This document shows, piece after piece, positions 19,132-28,815 of a DNA stretch of 34,477 nt. The stretch lies in assembly GCF_003334815.1 (NCBI RefSeq), contig NZ_QOWO01000039.1; one strand, 5' to 3'. The notes beneath the pieces are model-generated. The model saw nothing but the letters and a program-made list of their open reading frames with translations. It made no database searches and was not told the origin of the DNA. The first letter of the stretch is position 1. Each line of letters begins with the position of its first letter. A program made the translations under genes and the position numbers. The stretch comes from Escherichia coli. Lineage in GTDB: Bacteria > Pseudomonadota > Gammaproteobacteria > Enterobacterales > Enterobacteriaceae.

Positions 19132-19303
19132 GAGCAGGCTCCGTACTGGTGTAACGTTTCACGGCTTCCAGAATGATGTTTGCGATTTCATCGGAACAGC
19201 ATTCTGCAAAAATGAATTCCTGATCGTCCCGACTGTCGTGGGCAATCACATTGCCGTTTTCTGTTCGTCGTAACGTTATGTGCTCCGGGCTCCAGGCAGA
19301 CAT
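19115..19303 (-). CDS. Hypothetical small acidic protein (62 aa) between the traR-position and traT-position genes
   Basis: Strong RBS (aaggagg) 6 nt before the ATG; overlaps the next gene by 17 nt. Confidence 0.45.
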   Translation of the reverse strand: MSAWSPEHITLRRTENGNVIAHDSRDDQEFIFAECCSDEIANIILEAVKRYTSTEPAHATQH

Positions 19304-19366
19304 ATGTGCCTCCTTGTATTGCCGAATAGGAAGGGCACCGGATAAATGCCAGTGCCCTGGACAAGA

Positions 19367-19771
19367 TTAGCCAATGGAAATTGAGGAAATCCCCAACTGT
19401 TTCTGGCTGCGACTCATCATTTCAGGTCCGGCGACAAGTACCGCCCCAATGACGATAGATACAATGCAACTAGCCAGTCCCATCCCCCCTTGTTTCCCAA
19501 CTTTTTTCAGGCCAATCAGGCCCCCGAGAAACAGAATTACGCCGATGAACTGCGCAATAGTCAGTGATGATGACTGTGCTGTTTTGGCACCTTGTTCGAC
19601 ATTGCGAACCATATCGGCAAGATCTCCATCGGCAAGAACGGCTTTGGGCAGCAACATCATGGGAATGAGCAGCAGGAACTTAGTCAGTTTGCTCCGGCAT
19701 GACATTACAAACAGTTGTGCGTGGATAAATGCGGCGTACAGACGGGCCGCTACGACACGAATACGTGACAT
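19367..19771 (-). CDS. Small membrane protein at the TraR position
   Basis: 134-aa ORF; strong RBS (aaggag) before the ATG at 19771; hydrophobic segments. Confidence 0.5.
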   Translation of the reverse strand: MSRIRVVAARLYAAFIHAQLFVMSCRSKLTKFLLLIPMMLLPKAVLADGDLADMVRNVEQGAKTAQSSSLTIAQFIGVILFLGGLIGLKKVGKQGGMGLASCIVSIVIGAVLVAGPEMMSRSQKQLGISSISIG

Positions 19772-19821
19772 AGTTTCTCCTTAAATGGATATATCAGTGG
19801 TTTATATGAAGGTGAAAAAAA

Positions 19822-20349
19822 TCAGAAGACGATTCCAATGCTTGCCAGCAGGGCATTGAGGACACGATCGATAAAGACCAGCAGGACGCCGGCAATAAAT
19901 TTGACGTTTCCCTTACTGACGGATTCACTGGCACTCAGTGCGGTATGTCCATCGAGTCCGGCCTTGCGCCAGATGGATATCCCGTTCATTACAAATCCAA
20001 CACCGGCCAGCTTGGCCAGCGACAGAACTGCATTTGCTGCGCCAGCAGCAGCGCCAAACGTCTGAGGTTGTACATATGCAATCGGGCCAAATGAGTCAGC
20101 CCTGAATCCCATTTGTACGCCTCCGGCGTTAATCATTGCCGGGAGTGATACGAGCATGCAGCTGGTTAACATCCCCGCAATAAATTTTCCGGGAGACATT
20201 TTTACCGGACCGGCTGAACGGGCGCGGGCAAACAGGGTAATCATGCTGATCACCCCGATGAATTCTCCCCAGGTAAACAGGAAATCCATTCCGGCACTGA
20301 AAATACTGCTGGCAAAGTTCTCAATGGCGGTCAGGGCATCCATGTTCAT
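19822..20349 (-). CDS. Polytopic membrane protein at the TraQ position
   Basis: 175-aa hydrophobic ORF; its start overlaps the traP stop. Confidence 0.5.
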   Translation of the reverse strand: MNMDALTAIENFASSIFSAGMDFLFTWGEFIGVISMITLFARARSAGPVKMSPGKFIAGMLTSCMLVSLPAMINAGGVQMGFRADSFGPIAYVQPQTFGAAAGAANAVLSLAKLAGVGFVMNGISIWRKAGLDGHTALSASESVSKGNVKFIAGVLLVFIDRVLNALLASIGIVF

Positions 20350-21053
20350 CAGCGTAACGTCCCTGCACTGGTGATGATGGTCCGGGTAGTCGGATCAATC
20401 CGCTGGATCACCACATTGCCCAGCGTCTGACCTTCTCTGACAGCCCAGGTACTACCCTGCCAGCGAATCCAGGCCATACCAGTTTCCATCGACATGATTT
20501 TCATTCCGTTAAGTACAGACGACGTTTTTTTCTTTGCTGGATGCGGTGTGGAAGAGGATTCAGTGACGCTTTTCTGTGTCATTATTCCGTTCAGGCGGCT
20601 CCGGATATCATCCAGCTGACGGCGTGTTTCCTGTGCGTATTCTTCATCCTTTTTTATAGCTTCGCCCAGCTTGTTAATGCTGTCGTGAAGCATATTCAGT
20701 GTTGCCTGAATTTTTTCATCGCGGTTATCCAGCTCTGTTTTTACATCCCGGGCAAGCTGGCTCATATCTTCTCCTGTCCGGACAGTCATAGTCTCAGTGG
20801 ACTGAACGGAAGGTGATGATTCTTGTGTGGTTTGCCAGGTCTGTACGCCAGCATCCGCATCATTAAACGGAGGCATGCCTGTTTCCGATGGCGCTCTCAG
20901 GAACAGATACCATATGGCTGCGAGCAACACGACTGCACATAGCCCCCATGTTGCTACAGATATCCCCCAGACGGAACGTTTCCAGAAGGGGGCGGGTTTC
21001 TCTTCGGGTTCACCGAAGCTGCCGGTTTCATCTATTTCTGTTTCAGGTTTCAT
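20349..21053 (-). CDS. Bitopic membrane protein at the TraP position
   Basis: 234-aa ORF with acidic N-terminus then one transmembrane helix (WGISVATWGLCAVVLLAAIWYLF); overlaps the traO stop. Confidence 0.5.
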   Translation of the reverse strand: MKPETEIDETGSFGEPEEKPAPFWKRSVWGISVATWGLCAVVLLAAIWYLFLRAPSETGMPPFNDADAGVQTWQTTQESSPSVQSTETMTVRTGEDMSQLARDVKTELDNRDEKIQATLNMLHDSINKLGEAIKKDEEYAQETRRQLDDIRSRLNGIMTQKSVTESSSTPHPAKKKTSSVLNGMKIMSMETGMAWIRWQGSTWAVREGQTLGNVVIQRIDPTTRTIITSAGTLR

Positions 21054-22342
21054 TATGGTGTCTCCGGTTGTTCATCATACCGACGTTGCATCACAGCTTT
21101 TCTTTGCTCCATGGCTGTCTGCATTCGTGCCTGCGAGCGTTGTTCCGCCTGTGATGTACGATTAACTGAAGGGGAAATGCCACTGGAAAGGGAAGATGAC
21201 CTGGCGTCGTTTGTCATTACCGGGTCAACAAACAGAATTGATACGACTTCATGCTGATACACTTCTACCTGTTTATAGGGCTCACTTTCTGCCTGGCGGG
21301 TTAATATCTGACTTCCTCTTTCCGCCATACCACCGGCAATAACGCCCGCAACAGCTTCACCACTGGGCATTCCCACGCGTCCGGTAACCGTGCCATAGTT
21401 ACCCTGAATAACCTGCGTGTTGGCATCTTTATAAAGTGTGCCAATACTGCCCACACCTCCTAACACTGACGGCAGAATGATATGTTTAAACCAGCGTGTA
21501 TTCACATTGCTGGCCACGGATGACATCAGGTTGTCTTCCCGTTGAGCATATGCATTGACCTTAAGGTCCATGCCGTTCCAGCTCATCCGGTCGAAATGGA
21601 TCTCCACGCCGTTACCCACCAGTTTGACTCCCGGACTGAACAGCGTTGCCCCTGCCCAGGGGCCAGCGGGAATGGTTGCGATAACCTTGGATGACGAGTT
21701 ATCAGAATCCACTGCAGTATCAATATATGCCGGTATACGGGTCAGAGCAGGTATCAGTTGTATCCCTTTTTCTGCTACAGGCGTGGACAGGCTGGCATTC
21801 TTTAATGCGAATTGCTGCGTACCATTCTGCCCTGTTGTTTCTGCCGGAGATTTATTCCACATAGTCGTTGCTATGGTTGGTGTACTACCGGCAGGATGCT
21901 GATCTTTTATTCTTACAATCAGCTTTTGCAGCCGCTCCATACGTTTTTCACTGGCTGCTCGATCCTCCTGTGGTGTGCCGGAAGCCTGGCGATGAGCATA
22001 GTTTTCCGGTTTTGCTGCAGGCTGTTGTTGCTTTTCCTGAGTGTCCGGAATATCAAGCCCCTGTGGAAGACTGGCAATGAACGTCTGATTATTGCGGGCT
22101 GCAGCTGCGGCCCCTCGTTCATTATCCGCTCTTAACAGTTCACGATAGTGAGGCGTTTCGGTAACGCTGCGCGTTCCGCCGCTTGCTGCACTGTTAATGT
22201 TCACGGCTGACTGCATATCGCTGTTACTCCCTGATAGTTTGGAAAACGCGATATAGCCGCCGCCAAATAAGATGATGCTGCCCAGTCCAAGCAGGGCAGC
22301 CAGTTTCTTTCCGGATTTACCGGCATCCTGTTCAGCACTCAT
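21053..22342 (-). CDS. traO: DotG/IcmE-like (VirB10-like) core-complex protein, TraO-type
   Basis: 429-aa ORF: N-terminal membrane anchor, Q/P-rich linker, C-terminal globular region; call rests on position and topology, not measured identity. Confidence 0.5.
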   Translation of the reverse strand: MSAEQDAGKSGKKLAALLGLGSIILFGGGYIAFSKLSGSNSDMQSAVNINSAASGGTRSVTETPHYRELLRADNERGAAAAARNNQTFIASLPQGLDIPDTQEKQQQPAAKPENYAHRQASGTPQEDRAASEKRMERLQKLIVRIKDQHPAGSTPTIATTMWNKSPAETTGQNGTQQFALKNASLSTPVAEKGIQLIPALTRIPAYIDTAVDSDNSSSKVIATIPAGPWAGATLFSPGVKLVGNGVEIHFDRMSWNGMDLKVNAYAQREDNLMSSVASNVNTRWFKHIILPSVLGGVGSIGTLYKDANTQVIQGNYGTVTGRVGMPSGEAVAGVIAGGMAERGSQILTRQAESEPYKQVEVYQHEVVSILFVDPVMTNDARSSSLSSGISPSVNRTSQAEQRSQARMQTAMEQRKAVMQRRYDEQPETP

Positions 22343-22344
22343 GA

Positions 22345-23328
22345 TTACTCCAGTTCTGGTGTCACGTGAATGGACTGGCCATTCACAGAGAAAGTCAGTA
22401 GTGGGGTGACGGGAAGTTTCCAGAGATGAGTTCCGTCGGCAGAGGACAAGGTCTGTTCAAATTCATCGCGCAACATCGCCCGGGAACGAACCAGAAGGTC
22501 ATCGCCGTGTTGCCAGATCGTTGTATCCGGGACATTACCTGTGAATTTCAGCCTCTTAACTGAAGGGTCCCGGGGAGGAATACCATCCAGAAATGCCTGT
22601 AATGTTGCATCATGCAGGGCGATCTTATCCGTCGGGATGGAGACAACTGGGCTGGTTGGTCCCTGCCGTGGTATTCGCAGATCCAGACGACTGTCCATTT
22701 CTTGACTGGATGACGGCGTATCTGTTTCGCCACTGGTTACGTTCAGGATGACCGGTACCGACAGACCTTTCAGGTAGACAGAAATATTTCCGGATGTCCA
22801 TGGCCGCAATGGTGTGATTGTCACCATGTTCTCGTTGTACTGCACATCAAAGAGTTTTGGTGCCGCGTTATAAGGAGGATCGGATTGTGGCCATGGTGAA
22901 CCGTTGATATCGGTAAATGTCACCACGCTCAGGTTGTTCATGGCTGTGCGAACAAGAGGAAGGCTGGCACCGGGGGACAGATTAACTGTCAGAGAGCTGA
23001 TACGGGGTACAACACTGGTGATGGGCGCATTGATGGCCCGCTCGTTATCCGCCATGAGACTGCGTAGTGAGCGAATCTCATCGGCGGAGAGCTCAGAATC
23101 AAGCCTTGCCGCATCCTGTACCAGCGGGCTGGCCTGCCCGGGGGCAGGCAGCTCACCTTTTACCAGTGTTGCCGGAACACCTCCGGTGTTTTGGGAGGCG
23201 TTCTGAACGTGATCGCTGGCAGAATTTGTCGTTTGTGGTGTGCGTGCGTTCTGCCATCCTGCGTTATCTGCAGACGTGGCGGCGCTGCACACCAGGAGCA
23301 GTGTGCTCAGTAAATAACGTGATTGCAT
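22345..23328 (-). CDS. traN: DotH/IcmK-like periplasmic/outer-membrane core protein, TraN-type
   Basis: 327-aa ORF with signal peptide MQSRYLLSTLLLVCSAATSA; positional. Confidence 0.5.
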   Translation of the reverse strand: MQSRYLLSTLLLVCSAATSADNAGWQNARTPQTTNSASDHVQNASQNTGGVPATLVKGELPAPGQASPLVQDAARLDSELSADEIRSLRSLMADNERAINAPITSVVPRISSLTVNLSPGASLPLVRTAMNNLSVVTFTDINGSPWPQSDPPYNAAPKLFDVQYNENMVTITPLRPWTSGNISVYLKGLSVPVILNVTSGETDTPSSSQEMDSRLDLRIPRQGPTSPVVSIPTDKIALHDATLQAFLDGIPPRDPSVKRLKFTGNVPDTTIWQHGDDLLVRSRAMLRDEFEQTLSSADGTHLWKLPVTPLLTFSVNGQSIHVTPELE

Positions 23329-23338
23329 ATTACTTATC

Positions 23339-24031
23339 TCAGGAGTTCGGTCCGGCGTTACGGGAGATCATCTGCCGGATTTCCATACCGGATGGTTTCA
23401 GTCTGGGGTCAACACGCTGGATGGTGATTTCGAAAACAAAAGACTGTTCTGGCTTGCTGGTTGTCTGGCCGACCAGACGCATACGGACAGGATACTGGAA
23501 TGTCCAGAACCATACGCCGTCGGACATTTGTCCCTGTCGTACCAGAACGCCAGCACCTGTCGTGGCGGTCAGATTCATCTTCTCTTTCTTGATCGTCTCC
23601 AGAATGTTAGATGCCTGTAATGCATTCACATATCCGACAAAACCTTCGTCAGAAAAACGCGGAGACAGGGAGGAGATCTGTGAACGATAGTGCACAAAAT
23701 CCAGGTTGAATGCGGTCGCCAGTGCCTGGCTGCCAAAGGCCATTGCATCATTCTGACTCCATGCTGGCTGACTTGTTGGTGCCAGCCTGACCAGACGACC
23801 ATTGTCTGTAGCGAAATATTCGCGCTCCACATTCGTTGAGTGCCAGTACTGAATGGCGTTACCAGTAATACTGATAAGAAGACATGTGCCCGTACATAAA
23901 AGCGCTTTTATCAGCGCAGGGACATTATTTGCCCGCTGTTCTGACTGCTTCATAGCCCTGATTGTGCTCTTCAGTATTTCCGGGTCAGGTGCCGGATGTG
24001 ATGGCGAGGATGGCTCGGTATTTTCGGTCAT
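23339..24031 (-). CDS. traM: DotI/IcmL-like membrane protein, TraM-type
   Basis: 230-aa ORF with one transmembrane segment (LLCTGTCLLISITGNAIQYW); positional. Confidence 0.5.
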   Translation of the reverse strand: MTENTEPSSPSHPAPDPEILKSTIRAMKQSEQRANNVPALIKALLCTGTCLLISITGNAIQYWHSTNVEREYFATDNGRLVRLAPTSQPAWSQNDAMAFGSQALATAFNLDFVHYRSQISSLSPRFSDEGFVGYVNALQASNILETIKKEKMNLTATTGAGVLVRQGQMSDGVWFWTFQYPVRMRLVGQTTSKPEQSFVFEITIQRVDPRLKPSGMEIRQMISRNAGPNS

Positions 24032-24375
24032 AGGTTGTAGTCCTTCCAGGGATCAATATTCCCCGGCAGCTTTTCATTCACCTTGTCCACGACCGCGTCG
24101 CAGACCTGGTTTTCCAGCTGCGACAGAATGTCGTCAAGGCTGGGGAACTGGGGGAGGTTTATGCTGATTTTTTTGATTCGTGACAGACAGGACTGCAGGG
24201 ATGAGGAAACATCGTTTTCACGTTGTGACCATGCATCCGCAGCTGCACGTGCTCGCTCATATCCTGTATTACTACCGGCCTGTGCCGCGCTACCCGCACG
24301 ACAGGTTGCAGCACTTGCCGTGGATGAAATCAGGATAAGGCCGAGCACGGCAACCAGAGACTTATGCATGTTCAT
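24028..24375 (-). CDS. Small secreted protein at the TraL position
   Basis: 115-aa ORF with signal peptide MNMHKSLVAVLGLILISSTASA; overlaps traM by 4 nt. Confidence 0.5.
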   Translation of the reverse strand: MNMHKSLVAVLGLILISSTASAATCRAGSAAQAGSNTGYERARAAADAWSQRENDVSSSLQSCLSRIKKISINLPQFPSLDDILSQLENQVCDAVVDKVNEKLPGNIDPWKDYNL

Positions 24376-24392
24376 ATGGCTTCCTTACCGGC

Positions 24393-27300
24393 TCATCGGC
24401 CGGGGCTGTGGGAGAGATCCTGATGCAGAGTTTTTTCCTGCCTGTCCTCCGGCTTTTGGCTGTTGGACCACTGCTGCCATGACTGCTCGAAGCCCAGGTT
24501 CCGGTACAACGCATCAGGTTGTTTTTCCGGCGTGTAGACAGCAGCAAAAAGCGGTTCTTCCCGGGTTTTCAGATGAAACTGCATAAGCTCCGGTGCAGGG
24601 CGATTCGTGCTGTCAGCATCGTGGTTTACCGCTTCACCATAACCTGCAAAGCGTAAACCTTTGTCGGTCAGCGCATTGATAACCAGCTGACTGTTGTCGG
24701 CTGATGGGGTGGCCAGTGCCGGATACAATGTGCCGTTCAGCCGGACCACACCCTGCAGATGTTCATCGGCACTCTGGACAAGTAGCAGGTTGAGTTCACG
24801 CGTATCCTTATCCACTGATCCCAGAACAGGTGTCAGCTTGTCAGGGGCTGCGCTGGTTATTTCTGTTACCTGATTTGCGTTCTGTGGCGCGGAGACCGGA
24901 TGTCGGTCTTCACCGATAAACAGATGTGAGCCGACGTTTTCTGGCATACGTAACGCTTTCATCTCTTCGGGCCACCCCTGGCTGATTTGCGCAGCCACTT
25001 TCATAAAGGTTTCGACCGGAATCGCCTGAATACGCTGACCTTTATCCGGATTATCATGTGATACCGAGATCCCGTTGGTAACTGACTCCATGGACCACTT
25101 ATTCCGGAAACGTGCTTTTTGCTCTCCCGGGAGGATGAATTGTTCGCGGTTCTGAAGTGTCAGTGTCACCACGTCACCTTTCTGATGGTTTTTGACCAGA
25201 CTTTCCAGTTGTTCCCCCCAGTAGAGTTTGCTGCCACTGCGGTTTTTAAGCTCAACAAAGAAACTCTCTCCTTTGCCGGGTGCATATTCAGCACGACCAA
25301 AATTGTGCAGTACGGCAGTCACGCTCTCTCCCGGGCGAAGTTTTCCTGGTGGTTCTTCGTCTGGTGCCACATCTGCCGTTTTGCCTGGTTCAGCCGGTGA
25401 TGGTGCAGAGGCGGTGCTGACGGTTGATGCTTCAGGGGCTACTGGGGACGCCGGGGATTGTGTGGCTTCTTTTTCCTGAACGGGGTCAGGGACAGCCGGT
25501 TGTTCTGGGGTATTCCGGTTAAGTTCCGGTGTTGGCTGATGGGTGACAACTGCATCCTTACTGACAGCCATTTCCTTGCGTAATTTTTCTAGTTCAGCCC
25601 GTTGATCTGGCAATTTCATCCGGACATCGATGTTGTGCTCGATAATCAACTGCATTGCTTTTTGCTTAAAGGCATCACTGCCCGTCAGCTCTATGACGCC
25701 CCCATAAAATTTGGTGGCCACAGCAAGTGCGGCCAGAACGCTGCGATCGTCATTGCTGGCACCGTTGACCATTTCCAGCCGGTTTACCCGGTCAATGAAG
25801 GCAGGTTTGCCATCCAGTTTGTACAGGACGGTTCTGTCTGCTCGTTTTTCCCAGTCAAGCTCTTTAAGAATTTCGTCCATGTTGAGCGATATCGGTGCAT
25901 CAGAACGTTCCGGGGCGTAGACAATACTGTCAGGTATCGGTGGAGTCGTCGTGGTTTCCGCTGAGGGCGTGGGATCACTGTTCTCATGCGCCTGTGAATC
26001 CGTTTTTTTACGCGTAAAAAGGCCACGCGCTTTGTCGAGAAACGATGAAGTATTATCAGAAGGTGATGTGCTCTGAACAGGTTGCTGCGGAGTGGGTTCA
26101 TCCCGGACAGCCGGTTCTATAGTGGCTGTTGTGGCCTGAAGTTCTGACTCATCTGCCTGAACGGGGCCTGTGTCCGGTTGCGACGGCATATCACTGTTTT
26201 CCTGCAGATGCTCAGGATTTTCATTGTTCATCAGCTCCTGATATGCGCTGTAGTCTTCGTATTCTTCAGGGCCATCTGACTCAGGAAGGAACGGCTCTGG
26301 CTGAAGGGGAATGTCTTCAGTTACATGGCTGACCGCCTCTTCCCGGGGAGTATCCGGGGATATTCCGGTGCTTTGTTTGTCATCAGGCTCCGTCATCACG
26401 GTCATTTCCTCTTTGACTGCATCAGGGGAAGGTGATGGTTCGGCTGATTCATTCATGGTTTCAGATGAGGGGCTGTCTTCAGGGGCGGCGGGGGCAGCAG
26501 CAGGGGCCGGTATTTCTGGTGAAGTGCCGGACTCCTGTTGTAACTCGTTTTTTTCCGGTTGTGACAGTTCGGCTTCAAATTCACGCCAGTCTTTATCTGT
26601 GGCCACAGAGACAACTTTTTCCGGAGGTTCCGCCGGATGAGCGGGTTCATCAGGGGCAGACGCCGTTGTACTTTCCGGGGATGCCGGTGATTCTGCAGGG
26701 GAGTCCTGAACTACAGAGCTTTCCGTTTGCGCCTGAACGTTATCAGGGTGCCGCTCATCTTTGCCGTTATTTTCAGTGGCGTGACTGGTAAATGACAGTG
26801 TTTCATCAGCAATGTTACTGCTGGAAGCAGTTGGTTGTTCCTGCTGCGTGGCGGACGGCAGAGAAGGTCCCTGGTCATGGCTGTGCCCTGTATCGGGTGA
26901 TGTTTCAGGATATTCTGTCGGAGTCATGGTTTTTTCCTCAGTGTGGACCGGTGTAAAAACGAGGTTGCCGATCACCAGTGCCTCCCGGATTTCCGGGGTG
27001 TTACTGTTGGGGGTGGAAACCCCGATATGTTCTAACTGGGCGTTGATGACATGCTGAAAAGCGGCCCGTCCCCGGCTGGCGTCCAGGTCATTGAAATCGG
27101 TCAGTCCCTGCGATTTTTCGGCATCGGTGAACGCAGGAAAGATGACCGATCCTCCTGTCAGTTCTGCGGCTTTTGTTGCACTGACGATACCTTTGTTAAC
27201 CTGGCGTGCATGATCGTTGTCGGCACAGAAGATAAAGGGGCTTTGCTTCCATTTTTGCCGGGCATCTTCGGCCACGGCAATCATGTTGCCCGCATCCACT

Positions 27301-28160
27301 GTCATCAGCACCGGAAGGCCGGTGGCTTCGTGCAGGGAGGCGGCAGTGGCATAGCCCTCGGCAAACAGCACCGGCTGGCCGTTGCGCGGTGTACCCAGCG
27401 CAAACCAGTTACCGGTTTTCTCGGAATCTTTCAGGATGCGGGCATCCTTCCCGCCGGTGACCGGAATGCGCTGATAGGAGCGTATTGCGCCGTTACGGTT
27501 GCGGAAAGGAATAACGAGCTCATTTTTGTCGTTTATTCGCACCCCCGGCGCAGCCTGAATGCCTTTCCGGGTCAGGTATTCATGTGCCGTGGCCTGCGGC
27601 CATTTGTTGACATAGCGGCGGGCATAAGCAGCCTGTCGGTTGTACTGTGCTTTCAGTTCCCGCTCAGCGTCCTCCCTGCGTTGCAGCGAATGCGCTTTCA
27701 GGTGAAGCCTTGCGCGGGGATCTGTCTGCTCTCCGCCGGAGAAGGTCCAGTTGACCGGCGAATCATCCGCGCTGCGATAATCCCTGTACCAGCCGGCAGG
27801 TCTGCCGTCCAGGAAGCCGCGATATGCGCCACTTTTTTGCCCGTTTTTGTCATCGGTGGTCGGAACCCGGTGGATTTTACCGTCCATGGCCGGCAGTTCT
27901 TTCAGAACCAGTCCGGCATTTTCCAGTACCTGGGCAAACTCGGTGACCGGATCACTGCCGTTCATGGAGACTTCCTGCGGTCGGGGCAGCCAGCGGTCCA
28001 GCATGGACAGGTCCGCCCCCGGGCGGGCAAACCAGAGTTTGTGCTCTTTATCCCAGAGGACGGGCGTGTGCCCGTTCATCGGGGGATGTGCTTTTTTGAG
28101 ATCTTCTATTTCATCTGCAGGCACGGCAAGCCAGGTGCGGTAGCGGGATACAGACGGCAT
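24393..28160 (-). CDS. sogL: Sog-like conjugative DNA primase (N-terminal primase/Toprim-like domain, long acidic P/E/S/T-rich linker, large C-terminal domain)
   Basis: Start set at the ATG at 28160 (aggag RBS), giving about 1255 aa; the track ORF extends to a GTG at 28196. About 350 aa of low-complexity acidic linker in the middle. Confidence 0.7.
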   Translation of the reverse strand: MPSVSRYRTWLAVPADEIEDLKKAHPPMNGHTPVLWDKEHKLWFARPGADLSMLDRWLPRPQEVSMNGSDPVTEFAQVLENAGLVLKELPAMDGKIHRVPTTDDKNGQKSGAYRGFLDGRPAGWYRDYRSADDSPVNWTFSGGEQTDPRARLHLKAHSLQRREDAERELKAQYNRQAAYARRYVNKWPQATAHEYLTRKGIQAAPGVRINDKNELVIPFRNRNGAIRSYQRIPVTGGKDARILKDSEKTGNWFALGTPRNGQPVLFAEGYATAASLHEATGLPVLMTVDAGNMIAVAEDARQKWKQSPFIFCADNDHARQVNKGIVSATKAAELTGGSVIFPAFTDAEKSQGLTDFNDLDASRGRAAFQHVINAQLEHIGVSTPNSNTPEIREALVIGNLVFTPVHTEEKTMTPTEYPETSPDTGHSHDQGPSLPSATQQEQPTASSSNIADETLSFTSHATENNGKDERHPDNVQAQTESSVVQDSPAESPASPESTTASAPDEPAHPAEPPEKVVSVATDKDWREFEAELSQPEKNELQQESGTSPEIPAPAAAPAAPEDSPSSETMNESAEPSPSPDAVKEEMTVMTEPDDKQSTGISPDTPREEAVSHVTEDIPLQPEPFLPESDGPEEYEDYSAYQELMNNENPEHLQENSDMPSQPDTGPVQADESELQATTATIEPAVRDEPTPQQPVQSTSPSDNTSSFLDKARGLFTRKKTDSQAHENSDPTPSAETTTTPPIPDSIVYAPERSDAPISLNMDEILKELDWEKRADRTVLYKLDGKPAFIDRVNRLEMVNGASNDDRSVLAALAVATKFYGGVIELTGSDAFKQKAMQLIIEHNIDVRMKLPDQRAELEKLRKEMAVSKDAVVTHQPTPELNRNTPEQPAVPDPVQEKEATQSPASPVAPEASTVSTASAPSPAEPGKTADVAPDEEPPGKLRPGESVTAVLHNFGRAEYAPGKGESFFVELKNRSGSKLYWGEQLESLVKNHQKGDVVTLTLQNREQFILPGEQKARFRNKWSMESVTNGISVSHDNPDKGQRIQAIPVETFMKVAAQISQGWPEEMKALRMPENVGSHLFIGEDRHPVSAPQNANQVTEITSAAPDKLTPVLGSVDKDTRELNLLLVQSADEHLQGVVRLNGTLYPALATPSADNSQLVINALTDKGLRFAGYGEAVNHDADSTNRPAPELMQFHLKTREEPLFAAVYTPEKQPDALYRNLGFEQSWQQWSNSQKPEDRQEKTLHQDLSHSPGR

Positions 28161-28185
28161 GAGTGCTTCTCCTGAAAAAAGACGG

Positions 28186-28215
28186 AAAAAAACCACCGCC
28201 GGAAGCCGGGGGTGG
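28186..28215 (-). terminator. Intrinsic terminator between nuc and sogL (GC-rich 9-10 bp stem, 4-nt loop, U7 tract on the minus strand)
   Basis: Minus-strand RNA ccacccccg-gcuu-ccggcggugg-uuuuuuu, read directly; ends about 25 nt upstream of the sogL start. Confidence 0.6.
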
Positions 28216-28249
28216 CTGGGGGGATAGAAAATCGGGGGAGAAATGTTTG

Positions 28250-28801
28250 TCAGGGTCTCCAGTCTGTACCCTTATTCCAGCGATCCTGCCAGTGTTCAAG
28301 ATATTGTGCGGCTACATCCGGCATATTCTTAAGCACAACGACATTCTCTGAATTCTTGCGTGCAGCAGCACGAGAGAAGTTATAGGAGCCGGTTTCAACC
28401 GTGTTTCCGTCAACAATGATGACTTTGTCGTGATGGATGGGGAAGGCATCTACAGTCCGGAGAGGAATGTCCAGCAGGTTGATATATTTCATCGCTTCCT
28501 GACTTGCCCGGTTCGTATTCCCCTTGTCATCAACAACAATACGGACGTCCACTCCGCGTTTTTTCGCTTTTGCCAGCGCATGCATTACATCCGGGTCGGT
28601 GAAGGAATATGCCATCATCCTGATGGAGCTTTCCGCACTGTTGATTGTGTCAAGCACCAGAGCGGATGCGCTTCCTTCAGGAGAAAAGCCGACCTTCACG
28701 GATGGCGTGTCGATCATTGCAAACGATGGTGTCGTGAACAGTAACGGGCATGCCAGTAGCGATACCCGGAGCAGAGTAACGATAGTTTTTTTACCTGACA
28801 T
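28250..28801 (-). CDS. nuc: Phospholipase-D-superfamily endonuclease (Nuc-like), secreted
   Basis: HKD motif (IHHDKVIIVDGNTVETGSYNFS); signal peptide MSGKKTIVTLLRVSLLACPLLFTTPSFA from the internal ATG at 28801 (ggag RBS); the upstream part of track ORF 28250..29161 is judged non-coding. Confidence 0.75.
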   Translation of the reverse strand: MSGKKTIVTLLRVSLLACPLLFTTPSFAMIDTPSVKVGFSPEGSASALVLDTINSAESSIRMMAYSFTDPDVMHALAKAKKRGVDVRIVVDDKGNTNRASQEAMKYINLLDIPLRTVDAFPIHHDKVIIVDGNTVETGSYNFSRAAARKNSENVVVLKNMPDVAAQYLEHWQDRWNKGTDWRP

Positions 28802-28815
28802 AAAGACTCCAGAAT

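Noticed and set aside
19367-19705. Shorter start (MSCRSK...) for the traR-position gene giving a cleaner signal peptide
   Set aside because: No Shine-Dalgarno before that ATG, whereas the upstream ATG at 19771 has a strong aaggag RBS; kept the longer form.
27051-28175. 374-aa plus-strand ORF
   Set aside because: Lies entirely antisense within the Sog-like primase gene; Cys/Gly/Arg-rich composition typical of a GC-rich antisense frame; no RBS or operon context.
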